64,000 nucleotides of DNA, from the NCBI GenBank assembly GCA_039930765.1, contig JBDTTF010000285.1, positions 69,185-133,184 of the forward strand. The letters are read 5' to 3'. Positions 61,101 to 64,000 of the stretch are shown here, piece after piece (within the stretch, counting starts at the first letter, position 1; every line of letters begins with the position of its first letter). The notes under the pieces are model-generated. The model had not been told where the DNA came from and made no database searches. It saw only the letters and a list, made by a program, of their open reading frames with translations. The DNA comes from Gemmatimonadota bacterium. Its GTDB lineage: Bacteria > Gemmatimonadota > Gemmatimonadetes > Gemmatimonadales > GWC2-71-9. The position numbers and the translations under genes were made by a program.

Positions 61101-61612
61101 TCCAGCCCTTTCAGCCGATCTCTCAGTTCCGCGGCCAACTCGAAGTTCTCGGCCTCGATAGCCAGTTTGAGCTGGGAGCGCAGGTCCGATTCGGTGGGAC
61201 CCTCACGCCGTCCTCCGGGCACGGTGCCCGGCCCCGCTTCGGTCAGTATCGCCCGGCGCCCGGTGTGCCGGCTGGACCCATGGAGCCGACGGACCAGGTC
61301 ACGCAGCGGGCGTTCGAACGCCAGCCAGCATTCGGCGCAGCCCAGTCGGCCGGTCTGCTTGAAGTCGGCAATGGTGGCCCCGCAGTTGGTGCAACTCTCA
61401 TCGCCGTCGGGAGTCACCCCGCTGCCGGCGAGGTCCGCCGGGCCCATGCTGGCCAGGAAGCTGCCGATCGGCGTCTTGCCCACGCCGGCGGCGGTCTCGA
61501 CCCCCTTTTCGGCGGCGCACCGTTCGCACAGGTGCAGATGCACCACCTGTTCATTGGCGATCTGGGTCAGCTGGACCACGGCCTCCCGTTCGCCGCACTG
61601 GGTGCACTTCAC
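61097..61612 (-). CDS. mcsA: McsA-like activator (Cys-rich zinc-finger repeats plus UVR motif)
   Basis: MKCTQCGEREA...LCERCA and CTNCG...LGCAECW zinc-ribbon pairs. C-terminal UVR (AIEAENFELAAELRDRL). 4-bp overlap with mcsB. Confidence 0.75.
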   Translation of the reverse strand: MKCTQCGEREAVVQLTQIANEQVVHLHLCERCAAEKGVETAAGVGKTPIGSFLASMGPADLAGSGVTPDGDESCTNCGATIADFKQTGRLGCAECWLAFERPLRDLVRRLHGSSRHTGRRAILTEAGPGTVPGGRREGPTESDLRSQLKLAIEAENFELAAELRDRLKGLE

Positions 61613-62306
61613 GGCATGTCCTCAGGGCCGGCCAGCGCCATGAGCCGTCCGGCGTCCATGGCCATGATCCGGTCCGCCCGGGCGGCCAGCGAACGATTGT
61701 GGGTCACGGCAACCACGGCGGTGTTGAAGGTGGCGGCCAGGTTGCCAAACAGCTCGTGCAGCCGCTCACTATTGGCGTTGTCGAGATTGCCGGATGGCTC
61801 GTCGGCCAGCATGACGACCGGGTTGTGCACCAGCGCCCTGGCCACTGCTACCCGCTGCTGCTCCCCGCCTGACAGCCGGGCCGGACGATGGGTCAGCCGG
61901 GCTCCCAGGCCGACGCTCTCCAGCAGCCGGGAAGCCCGGTCCCTCGCCTCGGCATCAGCAATCCCGGCGATCTTGAGCGGCAGCATCACATTTTCCAGGG
62001 CAGTGAACTCACGGAGCAGGTGATGAAACTGGAACACGAACCCGAGTTTCCGGTTGCGCATGATGGCCAGCGCATCGGGGTCGGCATCGGCGTAGGACAA
62101 GCCGTCGAGCCGCACCTGGCCTGCGGTTGGCGGGTCGAGCGCGCCCAGCAGGTGGAGCAGGGTGCTCTTGCCGGCCCCGCTGGCGCCGACAATGGCCACG
62201 AACTCCCCCCTGGCGACCACCAGATCGAGCCCGCTCAGGATCTCGAGCGGCTGGCCATCGCCACCCTGGTACACCTTGGTCAGGCCGATCGCTTCCAGGG
62301 CCGCCG

Positions 62307-62310
<4 letters not shown>
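61609..62310 (-). CDS. lolD: Lipoprotein-releasing system ATP-binding protein LolD
   Basis: ATG 62310 overlaps the lolCE stop. GASGAGKSTLLH, LSGGEQQRVAVARAL, MLADEPSGNLD. Confidence 0.88.

Positions 62311-64000
<1,690 letters not shown>

Overview
High-GC (about two-thirds G+C by eye) chromosomal segment from a diderm bacterium. Gene content (LpxC-FabZ fusion, bshC, mcsAB-clpC, YfhO) would fit Gemmatimonadota or an FCB-group relative, but the lineage cannot be proven from this window. It is almost entirely housekeeping genes with very short or overlapping junctions. I saw no rRNA, CRISPR array, transposase, integrase or phage genes.

Left part, mostly + strand: the 3' portion of a CzcA-type RND pump, an ABC-2-type exporter pair, pabA/trpG, then a Kdo/LPS-transport supercluster (kdsB-pyrG-kdsA-kdsC-kdsD-lptC-lptA-lptB-rpoN). 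This runs directly into an eight-gene envelope-glycan module: two polyprenyl-phosphate sugar synthases, a CE4 deacetylase, GT4, a methyltransferase, a flippase-like protein, a YfhO-type transferase and an acyltransferase. dapF follows.

Right part, all - strand (26.7-64 kb): YfgM-like TPR protein, tRNA-Arg(CCT), apt, acyP, dedA, pcm, surE, MerR, gpsA, plsY, der, DUF512, cytochrome c, tRNA-Gly(CCC), TPR protein, larC, thrC, uvrC, murJ, bshC plus a methyltransferase, rlmH, gdh. Then comes a lipid A/OM biogenesis block (lpxK, DUF374, lpxB, Gfo/Idh/MocA, lpxA, lpxC-fabZ, lpxD, skp, bamA), followed by clpC-mcsB-mcsA, lolD, lolCE and the 3' end of lysS.

The two gene-orientation blocks converge on a 265-bp gap. 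That gap holds a 28-bp sequence closely matching the XerCD dif consensus, so this is probably the replication terminus.

There is no obvious defence-island-like novelty. The best candidates for something undescribed are:
- an Arn/Lgm-like lipid-carrier sugar-modification module that uses a YfhO-family transferase;
- a ~140-aa N-terminal domain fused to LptB;
- a Bacillota-type McsA/McsB/ClpC arginine-phosphorylation module translationally coupled between Lol and Bam genes;
- a degenerate second dif-like site 1.6 kb from dif.
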